Shown here piece after piece: positions 6,205-14,132 of a stretch of 25,027 bases of DNA. This stretch comes from Opitutales bacterium (GTDB taxonomy: Bacteria > Verrucomicrobiota > Verrucomicrobiia > Opitutales > UBA9783). A program made the position numbers and the translations under genes. Positions within the stretch are counted from its first letter, which is position 1. Each line of letters begins with the position of its first letter. The stretch covers positions 1-25,027 of the forward strand of contig JAKSVZ010000012.1 of the NCBI GenBank assembly GCA_024407725.1, written 5' to 3'. Below the pieces are notes generated by a model that was not told where the DNA came from, ran no database searches, and saw only the letters and a program-made list of their open reading frames with translations.

Positions 6205-8154
6205 TTATAATTCTGAAAGGGCAAACAAGGTAACATCGTCATTTTTCTGCAGCCGTATACCCTTTTTAGAAATGGATTGGATCTTATAACCTGACGGTAA
6301 AATCGATCCTTCGAAATAACGATCACCATTTTGCAAATCCACCCAAGGAAGTTGATCATTTGGGATAGAAACGGTGGTAATCGGCGATGGGAAAAAGATC
6401 TTTTTTACAGCACTCGGCGTTACCGTTGCTACATACGATAGAACTTTACAAATTCCATCGAAGGTTTTCTTTAACGTCTTTTGCGCTTCCTTCCAACGGA
6501 CTTCATCGCTTGCTTGTATATGACCTGTAATCATAATTCCCGTACGAATCACTTGAACCCTTAAGAGTCCTTTAAGTTCGTACTTAGAAAGCAAATTTGA
6601 TGCCAAATTATAAATCTCATCAGAATTCGACAAAACGGTTTCAATTGAGTTCAACCCAGGGATTTCAGTCAACATTCGGCGCTTAATCGCAGGCAAGTCT
6701 TCAATGGAATACAAAAATCCTTTGATTGAAATGCCATCCAATTGATTACCCGGAACCACCTGCAATGTTTGATAAGGGCTTACAATATCCTGTGCTTTTG
6801 ACACCAAACGCTGCTGTACATAAATATGAATCGATTGAAAATTAACGTAAGGCAAGTGGTGCAATTCCTCCTCTAACTTCTCTTGATCCTCTCGCGTTAC
6901 CACATAGCATTGCAGCACAAAACGATGACCACTTACGTTGATTTTTACAAACTCCTGAGGAACATTGTGCCGCTCCAATACCTTTTCGATGGATTGACGA
7001 AGCGCCATGATCGGAAACACAACCTTCTCAATGGCAGGAGTACGCGTATAATTGCGATAGGTTATCCATCCGTAGGTTCCAAGAATGAAACCAAAGCCTA
7101 AAATGATCCATAAAATGAGATGCCATGATTTCTGCTCCACTTGGTTTGTATCATCCGAATCTTCCTGCTCTTTTAGCTCCTGAGCCATATCCTCAGAAGG
7201 CGTACCTGATGGATCTTCAGAAGCAGTGGAATCCTTCGCGGCAGTGGAAATTGCCGGCCATACCACATTATTAGGGCCTACCGCCAACAAAGTGGCTCCG
7301 CAGATAATGGGTTGAAATGCTTGAACAGGGGTAGCAGCAGTAATGGCTGTTCCATTAACCGAAACGCTCGCTCCTTCGGCTGGCGTACAGGTTACTGTTC
7401 CATCCTTACACGCAAAACTTGCATGTTGATCCTGCAGAGTTTCATCCACCAATATCACATCACAGGCATCGCTTTTACCAAGCATAATCGCCTGCTCTTG
7501 CAACGTCACTTCTGCCCCTTCATGAGGACCCGATAAAATACGCAATACATAGGTAGCAGCCGGTTCATTCGCCTGCTCCTCATCGGAATTGTTAGCGTCT
7601 GAATCCGCGCTTTTATCCTCATCGGTCTCCGCAGCCTCCTCTTGAGTATCCTTAGCCGCTTCTTGAACATCCTTAGTAGCCGCTTCTGGCTTAGCTTCCT
7701 TTTCGGGCGATGCAGAAGCATCCGCCTGTGGCGCATCCTTAGAAGCTTTTGTGGAAGCATCAGAAGCTTTCGGAGCATCATGAGAGGCCTCTGCCGTCTT
7801 AGGTGCGTTTTTAGAACGCGTTCCCTTAGAACGAACCGACTTAGTCTTGGGTTTATTTTCTTTTGCAGGCTGCACCGGCTGCTCTTGGGGTGATTTAACA
7901 CCATCCACCTGAGAGGTTTTGTCCGAAGGCTGATCAGACTTTTCCGGAGATTGCTCCGGATGGGTTGAATCCTGATCAGTTGGTTGTGAAACAGGCTTTT
8001 CTATTGGTTTTTTTGAAGCCGGTACAGCGGTTTTTTGAACTGAATCTTCTGAAGTCTGAACGGGATTATCTGGGGACGGTTTTACATCCTCAGGGGTAGG
8101 TTTATTTTCCTCTGTGGTTTTTGGTTTATCCTCAGATTTATTGGGTACTGACAT
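6205..8154 (-). CDS. sctD: T3SS inner-membrane ring protein SctD (YscD/CdsD family) with a ~198-aa disordered N-terminal extension, an FHA-like domain, one TM helix and periplasmic ring-building domains
   Basis: 649 aa. Residues 1-198 are Pro/Lys/Glu/Ser/Asp/Ala low-complexity. Residues ~200-295 are FHA-like (YVLRILSGPHEGAEVTLQEQAIMLGKSDACDVILVDETLQDQHASFACKDG...VSVNGTAI). The TM helix is WHLILWIILGFGFILGTYGWITY. The C-terminal ~280 aa are alpha/beta, consistent with periplasmic ring motifs. It is the first gene of the operon, and AAGGGA lies just upstream of the ATG. Confidence 0.85.
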   Translation of the reverse strand: MSVPNKSEDKPKTTEENKPTPEDVKPSPDNPVQTSEDSVQKTAVPASKKPIEKPVSQPTDQDSTHPEQSPEKSDQPSDKTSQVDGVKSPQEQPVQPAKENKPKTKSVRSKGTRSKNAPKTAEASHDAPKASDASTKASKDAPQADASASPEKEAKPEAATKDVQEAAKDTQEEAAETDEDKSADSDANNSDEEQANEPAATYVLRILSGPHEGAEVTLQEQAIMLGKSDACDVILVDETLQDQHASFACKDGTVTCTPAEGASVSVNGTAITAATPVQAFQPIICGATLLAVGPNNVVWPAISTAAKDSTASEDPSGTPSEDMAQELKEQEDSDDTNQVEQKSWHLILWIILGFGFILGTYGWITYRNYTRTPAIEKVVFPIMALRQSIEKVLERHNVPQEFVKINVSGHRFVLQCYVVTREDQEKLEEELHHLPYVNFQSIHIYVQQRLVSKAQDIVSPYQTLQVVPGNQLDGISIKGFLYSIEDLPAIKRRMLTEIPGLNSIETVLSNSDEIYNLASNLLSKYELKGLLRVQVIRTGIMITGHIQASDEVRWKEAQKTLKKTFDGICKVLSYVATVTPSAVKKIFFPSPITTVSIPNDQLPWVDLQNGDRYFEGSILPSGYKIQSISKKGIRLQKNDDVTLFALSEL

Positions 8155-8176
8155 AATCCCTTAGTTCAAAAACAGA

Positions 8177-8214
8177 ATGACAAATCGATGCGTATTCCTG
8201 TATAATATACGGAG
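8177..8214 (+). promoter_or_regulatory. Candidate sigma70-type promoter for the MarC-family gene, plus an SD, in the 63-bp divergent region shared with the T3SS operon; contains the palindrome GTATA-A-TATAC (8200-8210)
   Basis: ATGACA (8177-8182), an 18-nt spacer, TATAAT (8201-8206), GGAG (8211-8214) and ATG at 8218. The caveat is that the -10 is so close to the ATG that the transcript would be nearly leaderless. The palindrome reads TATAAT on the plus strand and TATATT/TATTAT on the minus strand. Confidence 0.3.
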
Positions 8215-8217
8215 ATT

Positions 8218-8829
8218 ATGCTTCATTTTTTACTCATCACTTACATAAAAATGTTTGCAGCCACATCACCCCTTCCGTTTGTGGTACTCTATTTAAATTT
8301 ACGACCATCGGACACCCCAGAACAACGTTGGGCGCTTGCTAAAAAAGGAATGCTCTTTGCATCCTTCATTATCCTAGGAACCCTCCTATGCGGCGTTCGT
8401 ATGTTAAATTTACTGCAGATCGACCTAAACGCATTCCGCATTTCCGGTGGATTAATCCTGTTGATTATTGCCATCGGTATGCTTTATCCAAACCCAACCA
8501 AACCCACCGCTCCGCTTACGAATGACGATATCACCCTTACCCCCCTAGCGTTTCCGATCATCGCTGGCCCAGGTGCTTTATCGGCTATCATCATTTGCCA
8601 ATCCGATGCGATTACTACTTTAGAGCGTTGTATGGTATATCTATCGAGCGCGCTCATTATGGTAACCTATTACATCCTGTTTTACATCGCTTGTTTTTCA
8701 TCCAAATGGCTTAAGCCAAGTATCATTGCGATCTGCTCTAAATTATTCGGGTTGCTGTTGCTCACAATTTCCGTTCAAATGATCACCGTCGGTATTATTG
8801 GACTGACCCAATTCTTGGCCTCTTGTTAA
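8218..8829 (+). CDS. MarC/UPF0056 family integral membrane protein (copy 1)
   Basis: 203 aa with about 6 TM segments. Family-typical motifs are present: NAFRISGGLILLIIAIGML and TPLAFPIIAGPGALSAII. Confidence 0.85.
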   Translation: MLHFLLITYIKMFAATSPLPFVVLYLNLRPSDTPEQRWALAKKGMLFASFIILGTLLCGVRMLNLLQIDLNAFRISGGLILLIIAIGMLYPNPTKPTAPLTNDDITLTPLAFPIIAGPGALSAIIICQSDAITTLERCMVYLSSALIMVTYYILFYIACFSSKWLKPSIIAICSKLFGLLLLTISVQMITVGIIGLTQFLASC

Positions 8830-8891
8830 AGAACTCAGGTTGCAATCCACAGGGTATTGATGTAAAAATAAAGAGAGAAGGTTTTTAAGCC

Positions 8892-9515
8892 GTGAGTCAG
8901 AGTTTATCGTTTTTATTTGTAACGTACTTTAAGATTTTTGTTGCGTGTTCGCCGATTGTATCGGTTGCAATCTACATTCCATTACGCCCATCGGATGATG
9001 CTGCTCGGAGATGGGTTGTTGCCAAAAAAGGTATTTTCTTTGCATCCTTAATCCTATTCGGTGCCCTTATCTTCGGCTTCCATATTTTGGAATTAATTGG
9101 GGTAGAACTGAACGCATTCCGCATTTCTGGCGGATTGGTTTTGTCCATCATCGCCTTAAGCATGCTCTATCCTAAACAGGGAGATATATCCAATGAAAAT
9201 CATGAACAAGATGATATTTCCCTAACCCCTCTAGCGTTCCCTATTATTACTGGACCGGGAGCTATATCGGCGGTTATCATCTACAAATCCGAAGCCACAA
9301 CCACTTGGGAAACCTTTTTGGTGTATGTAGCAGGGGTGCTCATTATGCTCACCTTTTACGCCATGTTCTACATCGCTTGCTTTTGCTCGCGATGGCTCAA
9401 GCCTTCGATTATCACCATTTGCTCTAAATTATGCGGCCTGCTCGTTTTAACGTTAGGCATTCAAATGATTATCGCTGGTATCGTTGGGCTTACTAAATTC
9501 TTAGGTGCCTGCTAA
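8892..9515 (+). CDS. MarC/UPF0056 family integral membrane protein (copy 2, tandem paralog)
   Basis: 207 aa with a GTG start. It is collinear with copy 1 along its full length (NAFRISGGLVLSIIALSML, TPLAFPIITGPGAISAVII, WLKPSIITICSKL...). An AGAGAAGG SD lies upstream. Confidence 0.85.
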   Translation: MSQSLSFLFVTYFKIFVACSPIVSVAIYIPLRPSDDAARRWVVAKKGIFFASLILFGALIFGFHILELIGVELNAFRISGGLVLSIIALSMLYPKQGDISNENHEQDDISLTPLAFPIITGPGAISAVIIYKSEATTTWETFLVYVAGVLIMLTFYAMFYIACFCSRWLKPSIITICSKLCGLLVLTLGIQMIIAGIVGLTKFLGAC

Positions 9516-9523
9516 TTATCCTA

Positions 9524-10855
9524 ATGGATCGGAAAGAAAAATCACTTAAGCGCGCGCTCATCCAAGCGATTCATGGCTGTAAAAAGGTTGAGCGTTTTAA
9601 GCGCGACCGATTAACCGACGATCAACGTCAGCAGTTAAACGAAACGCTGAATACCCTACTCCGCTTCCGCCGGTCGTGGAATCCTGCTTATGCGCACGAT
9701 ACTACCTTTTTAAATACCCTACATCAGGCCAAAGACCAACTGAAGGTATTAGGTCATCCGTTTTACCCTGGTGGTTTTTGGAGCAACAATGCAGAAGCGT
9801 TATTTGTCGCCAGTATTATTGCCTTATCTGTCCGCACGTTTTTCTTGCAACCGTTTCGCATTCCCACCTGCTCGATGTTCCCATCGTTTTCCGGAATGCT
9901 CACGCAATTACACGCGGATACCGACCCAAAACCGTTATTTTTCACCAAACCACTGCGGTGGTTATGGAGCGGCGCTGAAAACCATCATTATGTAGCTCCG
10001 GCCAATGGTACGGTTCAAATTCCTCTGTTTTCACAAGACGAAATCCTGCGCTATCATTCCTATGTTCGTTACGAAGTGGAAAAGGGGCGTGAAATCGGGT
10101 CGTTTTGGCTGAAACACTTTTTCCCCAAAGCCTACAAAGTCTATCTGTTGTGGATTAATGACCATAAGATACGCATCCGTGTGCCTTATGATTTCTCGGA
10201 TATGGAAGCGTTGTTGCGCAAAAAATTCTTCCCGAAAGAAGAAAGTTTTTCAGACGTTTTGCTTCACCACGAAGAACTTTTGAGGCTGGATGAGCGTAAA
10301 GGTGTCTGTTTGGAGACCCAACATGCGGTTAAGAAAGGGCATCCGTTTTTGCATTTTGATATCCTGTTGGGCGATATGGTATTCGTTAACCGATTTTCTT
10401 ATCATTTCACACGCCCCAAAATCGGCGATGCGATTATATTTCGCACCCAATACATTCCCATGCTTGAAGCCGACATCTACTACATCAAGCGTTTAGTGGG
10501 TAAACCGGGCGACCAAGTCTGTATCAAGGGTCACCGTTTGTACCGCAATAACCAACTTATTACCGGCAGCCTAGCGTTCGATAACAACAACCATCGGCAA
10601 GGATTATACCCCGGATACTGCGCAAAAGCCACCATGGGCGATGGTCAAAGCATCACGGTAAAACCGCATGAGCTGTTTGCCATCGGTGACAATTCCCCCT
10701 TTAGCTATGACAGCCGTTATTGGGGAGGCGTACCGGAACAATCCGTTATCGGTAAGGCCTTTTTCGTGCTGCATCCATTCTCTTGGCGTTGGGGAACAGC
10801 AGAGCACAATAAAGCTCATAAAAACGCAAACCTCAACACCTACGTTTTTCAATAA
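9524..10855 (+). CDS. lepB: Signal peptidase I (LepB) with an N-terminal cytoplasmic extension and a large insertion after the catalytic Ser box
   Basis: 443 aa. The Ser box is RIPTCSMFPSF, box C is GDMVFVNRFSY, the Lys box is YYIKRLVGKPGD, and box E is GDNSPFSYDSRYWGGVP. A single TM helix (ALFVASIIALSVRTFFL) is preceded by ~88 basic residues. Confidence 0.9.
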   Translation: MDRKEKSLKRALIQAIHGCKKVERFKRDRLTDDQRQQLNETLNTLLRFRRSWNPAYAHDTTFLNTLHQAKDQLKVLGHPFYPGGFWSNNAEALFVASIIALSVRTFFLQPFRIPTCSMFPSFSGMLTQLHADTDPKPLFFTKPLRWLWSGAENHHYVAPANGTVQIPLFSQDEILRYHSYVRYEVEKGREIGSFWLKHFFPKAYKVYLLWINDHKIRIRVPYDFSDMEALLRKKFFPKEESFSDVLLHHEELLRLDERKGVCLETQHAVKKGHPFLHFDILLGDMVFVNRFSYHFTRPKIGDAIIFRTQYIPMLEADIYYIKRLVGKPGDQVCIKGHRLYRNNQLITGSLAFDNNNHRQGLYPGYCAKATMGDGQSITVKPHELFAIGDNSPFSYDSRYWGGVPEQSVIGKAFFVLHPFSWRWGTAEHNKAHKNANLNTYVFQ

Positions 10856-10860
10856 ACCGG

Positions 10861-12261
10861 TCAATCCTTGGCGTCCCTTGGTCGTTCACAAAAGTTTTTG
10901 GATACAATGGACCACTTAAGGCTTACCGGATCCCGTTGAACCACCAAAGTATAACTATAGCGCCGATCCCCTACCGTTTTCACCGATTCAATTTGGAAAA
11001 GCTCACAACGTGCGGTTAATGCTTCAAATACATGCAGAAAGGGTTTCAGAGCCTGCAAAGCACTCACCTGTTGGATAAACGCGTAACCATTAGGATACGG
11101 TTGATGAGCGATCAACTCCCCTACCGCTGCCTGTAACCCATCAGCACTCACCTGCTCCCCTAACAACCGCTGTAATTGTTGATAAAGCTGTTCAGAATCG
11201 CCATTGATAAAGAACGGCAGTGCGTCAGGATTTGCCACCGTCTCATTCCAAACAAACGCATTCAGTTCGCATTCTTCGGCATGCCCAATCTTCGCATAAG
11301 GCCGTTTGGGGTCGAAAAAACAGCACGCATTTAAGCGCTGCACCCAGTTTTTGGTTGGATGAGCAATCGTATCATGGATAGACATGGCTTCCCCAAAGGG
11401 CTCATATTGATAAAATAAATCGCTTCTGTCATCATAAGTCAGCAAATACAGCAGCGACTCTAACCCAAAACAGTTATGGTAAGCATCCCGAAGCTCAACG
11501 CGCAGTAATTGCCTATTATCCATCACATCTTCCATAATGGATGCCCCCGCTGCCAACTCAATAGGCAGAGCAACATTTTCTGTCCCATCAGGATATATCA
11601 CACCATCGGCATCAACGCCTATATTAAACGCTAAGGTTGCCGACACAAGGCCTTTGATGGGACGATCATAAGGATTCCATAAGGAAAAATCAGTTAGATA
11701 ACATTCAGATAAGATGGGAAGAAATAAATCGGCTGGCAAAACGTCTTCGGTTGTTAATGCGAGCCATTTTTGGCTCATCAAAGCCTGTTGTTGGTTTGTA
11801 AAGCACGGAAAACCTTTTTGAATCGCTTCTGTTAATGAGGGACGCAATCCGTCCGACTGAAAGCAACTTAAGGGAATAGGTGTCGGGGACAGGAGCGGTT
11901 TTACCACAACGAATCCATTGGTAAACTCATCATCCAAGGTACCCAGCTCTCGAATTGCTTCCTTTTGGGTATCGTAAAAACGCCACTGCCCGTCTTTGCA
12001 CGCCAACGCTAGCGCAGGATCAGTTCCCCATTGTCTCAAACGATCCCACACCTCATGCGCCGTTTCTTTTACCTGTAAACGCGCTAACTGCGAACGTTGT
12101 TGATCATGAAACCTCCGGTATTGATGCGTACTCACCAAGGCTGCTAAAGGAATTATGCTTCCCAGCGCCATAACAATCATGAGCGCTAGAACCAAACTCC
12201 CCTGATGGTTAAGCTTATTTTGATTGCGAACGATCGGCCTTATTCGATGTCCCATTTTCAT
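10861..12261 (-). CDS. Putative GspK-like minor pseudopilin / large prepilin-type protein
   Basis: 466 aa. The N-terminus is a basic leader followed by NHQG|SLVLALMIVMALGSIIPLAAL, i.e. a Gly followed by a hydrophobic helix, as at a prepilin-peptidase site. As in GspK, no Glu5 is present. The C-terminus (CELFQIESVKTVGDRRYSYTLVVQRD) resembles the GspK terminal beta pattern. It is co-directional with the secretin and overlaps its end. The call is from recollected family patterns only. Confidence 0.4.
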   Translation of the reverse strand: MKMGHRIRPIVRNQNKLNHQGSLVLALMIVMALGSIIPLAALVSTHQYRRFHDQQRSQLARLQVKETAHEVWDRLRQWGTDPALALACKDGQWRFYDTQKEAIRELGTLDDEFTNGFVVVKPLLSPTPIPLSCFQSDGLRPSLTEAIQKGFPCFTNQQQALMSQKWLALTTEDVLPADLFLPILSECYLTDFSLWNPYDRPIKGLVSATLAFNIGVDADGVIYPDGTENVALPIELAAGASIMEDVMDNRQLLRVELRDAYHNCFGLESLLYLLTYDDRSDLFYQYEPFGEAMSIHDTIAHPTKNWVQRLNACCFFDPKRPYAKIGHAEECELNAFVWNETVANPDALPFFINGDSEQLYQQLQRLLGEQVSADGLQAAVGELIAHQPYPNGYAFIQQVSALQALKPFLHVFEALTARCELFQIESVKTVGDRRYSYTLVVQRDPVSLKWSIVSKNFCERPRDAKD

Positions 12262-14065
12262 CCACCAAGGTTGCAGTTACAAAAATCAATAAATTCTTCT
12301 TTTTAAATAGCTGCCCCTTGGATTTGAATAAATTTCCCAAAAGCGGCACGTTCCCTAACAAAGGCACTTTATCGGAAGTCTCTGTAACCTCTTCGCGCGT
12401 TAACCCACCCATCACCAAGGTTGACCCGCTTTTCAACAAAACTTCCGTTTTCATCTTACGCGTCGAAAATACCGGTTGATAAAAGCCAGAATCGAACGCC
12501 TGCATACTGTTTTCATTGGTGATTACATTTTGCCCACCGTACTGAATAAACCCATCAAATTCGGTTACGGTTGGTTCTAGGGTTAAGTGTACTTGCCCAT
12601 CCTCTTCCACCACAGGAATCACCGACATTTCCACTCCCACATTACGGGTTACAAATTTTTCAGGCACCCCTGAAAGTAACACCGAGCCTGCAGACGTCGT
12701 ATTTTGGCGCTTACCTCCCACATTGGATTGTGAATCGCGGTAGTTTTCTGGATAGCGCAGCTCTTGCGCAACCACAATGGTAGCCTTACGACCGGACAAC
12801 ACCGTAATTTTAGGCGCGCTCATCAAATCCGAATCCGTACGCTGTTCAATAGCTCGCAGCAGCACATTCATGCGAAAATGATCCACAATTGCATGCGCGC
12901 TTAAAAAATCCCCAACGCTGCTTTGAGAAAGAACACGCCCAGGGATGGTTGGCGCATTAGGCGAACTGGAACCACTGGACGTATATACATTCGATACATT
13001 GCGCAGAGTACCCACCGAATTCATTTGGAACTGATTCGCTTGAGCTCCCTGTCCCCCTAAATTCCACTTAACACCCAATTCTTCCAATACCCCTTGCTGC
13101 ACCTCCAAGAATTTCGCCTCAATCGATACCTGTTTGCATTGGCGGTAACGTTCGATAATAGCCGCCATACGTTTTAATTGCGGGCGCTCGTGCGTAACAA
13201 TAATCTGCTGTCCATCGTACGCAAACCCAGCACCTTCGGTATTAAACGTAATGCCGATTTTTTCAAAAAAATGCTTTAAACGCTCCTCTTCCGATAACGA
13301 TTCATCCGCAGTACCATAATTCAAAATATGCAGTACATTGCCTCGCGGAAGCCGAAAAACGCTCGTTTCTAACGACGGCTTCAGTTTGCTATCGCGAAAA
13401 ACCAAGGTATTTCCTTCGTAAACAGGCGTAAATTGCGTCATTTCGCTCAGGTAATAGATGACACGATCCAAGGGTACTGATTGCAGATTAAGGCAAATCG
13501 CAGGCGCTCGATGCTCCGGATCCAACAGTACGAAATTAATAGGCTGCCCCTCTTCCTTCATACATCCTCGCACGGTTTGCTGAAGAATACTTAAGGTCTC
13601 TAAAAACGATAAATTTTCAATCGCCAGCTGCGGAATAATGATTGATTTTAAGGTCGCTTCCAACTCCGATGGTTGCTCCGACTCTTGAGCAAACAATACC
13701 CGCGTGGTTGATTCCTCAGCATGCGCTGTCGGAAGCTCCCAATGCGTATTGAGCTGCTTCAACATTTGCTCATGCGTACGATGACGAACCGGATCTTGTT
13801 CCTCTGCGTCCCCTTGCTCCTGTTGAGCTAACGATTTAGATGGCTCTTCTTCGGCAGAATGCTCATGCCCCTCAGGAGAATTAACCGACGCTGATGGTTC
13901 CTGATTTGACCCACTGGGTTCATTTGATGGCGCATCCGGTAATTGAACCCAAGTACGCGTTGGATGGTTCCTACGAACCCTCGAATGGGTAGAACGTGCA
14001 AATAAATAGGGGCAAAGGGATAATAAAACACTTACCCATATAACACGTTCTATTCCGGCCTTCAT
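12215..14065 (-). CDS. Outer-membrane secretin (GspD/PilQ/SctC superfamily)
   Basis: The C-terminal secretin domain is recognisable (APKITVLSGRKATIVVAQELRYP..., VGVEMSVIPVVEEDGQVHLTLEPTVTEF, STRKMKTEVLLKSGSTLVMGGL...DKVPLLGNVPLLGNLFKSKG...KKNLLIFVTATLV). The start is chosen at ATG 14065 (MKAGIERVIWVSVLLSLCPYLFA, a signal-peptide-like sequence) rather than the track start at 14194, which would overlap the MFS gene by 62 nt. The mature N-terminus has a ~110-aa acidic/Ser/Pro disordered stretch. Confidence 0.88.
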   Translation of the reverse strand: MKAGIERVIWVSVLLSLCPYLFARSTHSRVRRNHPTRTWVQLPDAPSNEPSGSNQEPSASVNSPEGHEHSAEEEPSKSLAQQEQGDAEEQDPVRHRTHEQMLKQLNTHWELPTAHAEESTTRVLFAQESEQPSELEATLKSIIIPQLAIENLSFLETLSILQQTVRGCMKEEGQPINFVLLDPEHRAPAICLNLQSVPLDRVIYYLSEMTQFTPVYEGNTLVFRDSKLKPSLETSVFRLPRGNVLHILNYGTADESLSEEERLKHFFEKIGITFNTEGAGFAYDGQQIIVTHERPQLKRMAAIIERYRQCKQVSIEAKFLEVQQGVLEELGVKWNLGGQGAQANQFQMNSVGTLRNVSNVYTSSGSSSPNAPTIPGRVLSQSSVGDFLSAHAIVDHFRMNVLLRAIEQRTDSDLMSAPKITVLSGRKATIVVAQELRYPENYRDSQSNVGGKRQNTTSAGSVLLSGVPEKFVTRNVGVEMSVIPVVEEDGQVHLTLEPTVTEFDGFIQYGGQNVITNENSMQAFDSGFYQPVFSTRKMKTEVLLKSGSTLVMGGLTREEVTETSDKVPLLGNVPLLGNLFKSKGQLFKKKNLLIFVTATLVDENGTSNKADRSQSK

Positions 14066-14132
14066 GACCTTTGATTCCCTAATCCATGGGGAACAGTTAA
14101 ACGATAAAAATTTTTTAGATAAAATGCAAAGC

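Noticed and set aside
7506-7904. Arg/Leu-rich ORFs (132 aa minus, 83 aa plus) overlapping the 5' part of sctD
   Set aside because: These are alternative-frame artefacts of the compositionally biased DNA (GAA/GCA/AAG-rich) that encodes the SctD disordered extension. Their extreme R/L content is not protein-like.
8289-9163. Two similar antisense ORFs (61 aa and 63 aa), one opposite each MarC gene, which might look like a conserved antisense gene
   Set aside because: Their similarity is an automatic consequence of the sense-strand genes being paralogs. Both are short and lie opposite the most conserved MarC block (NAFRISGG).
10850-10866. Expected intrinsic terminator between convergent lepB and the GspK-like gene (and likewise at 24498-24507 after rnpB)
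   Set aside because: The stop codons are only 5 nt apart, or 8 nt at the rnpB junction. No GC-rich hairpin followed by a T-run can be drawn locally. The T-run after rnpB has no adjacent local stem.
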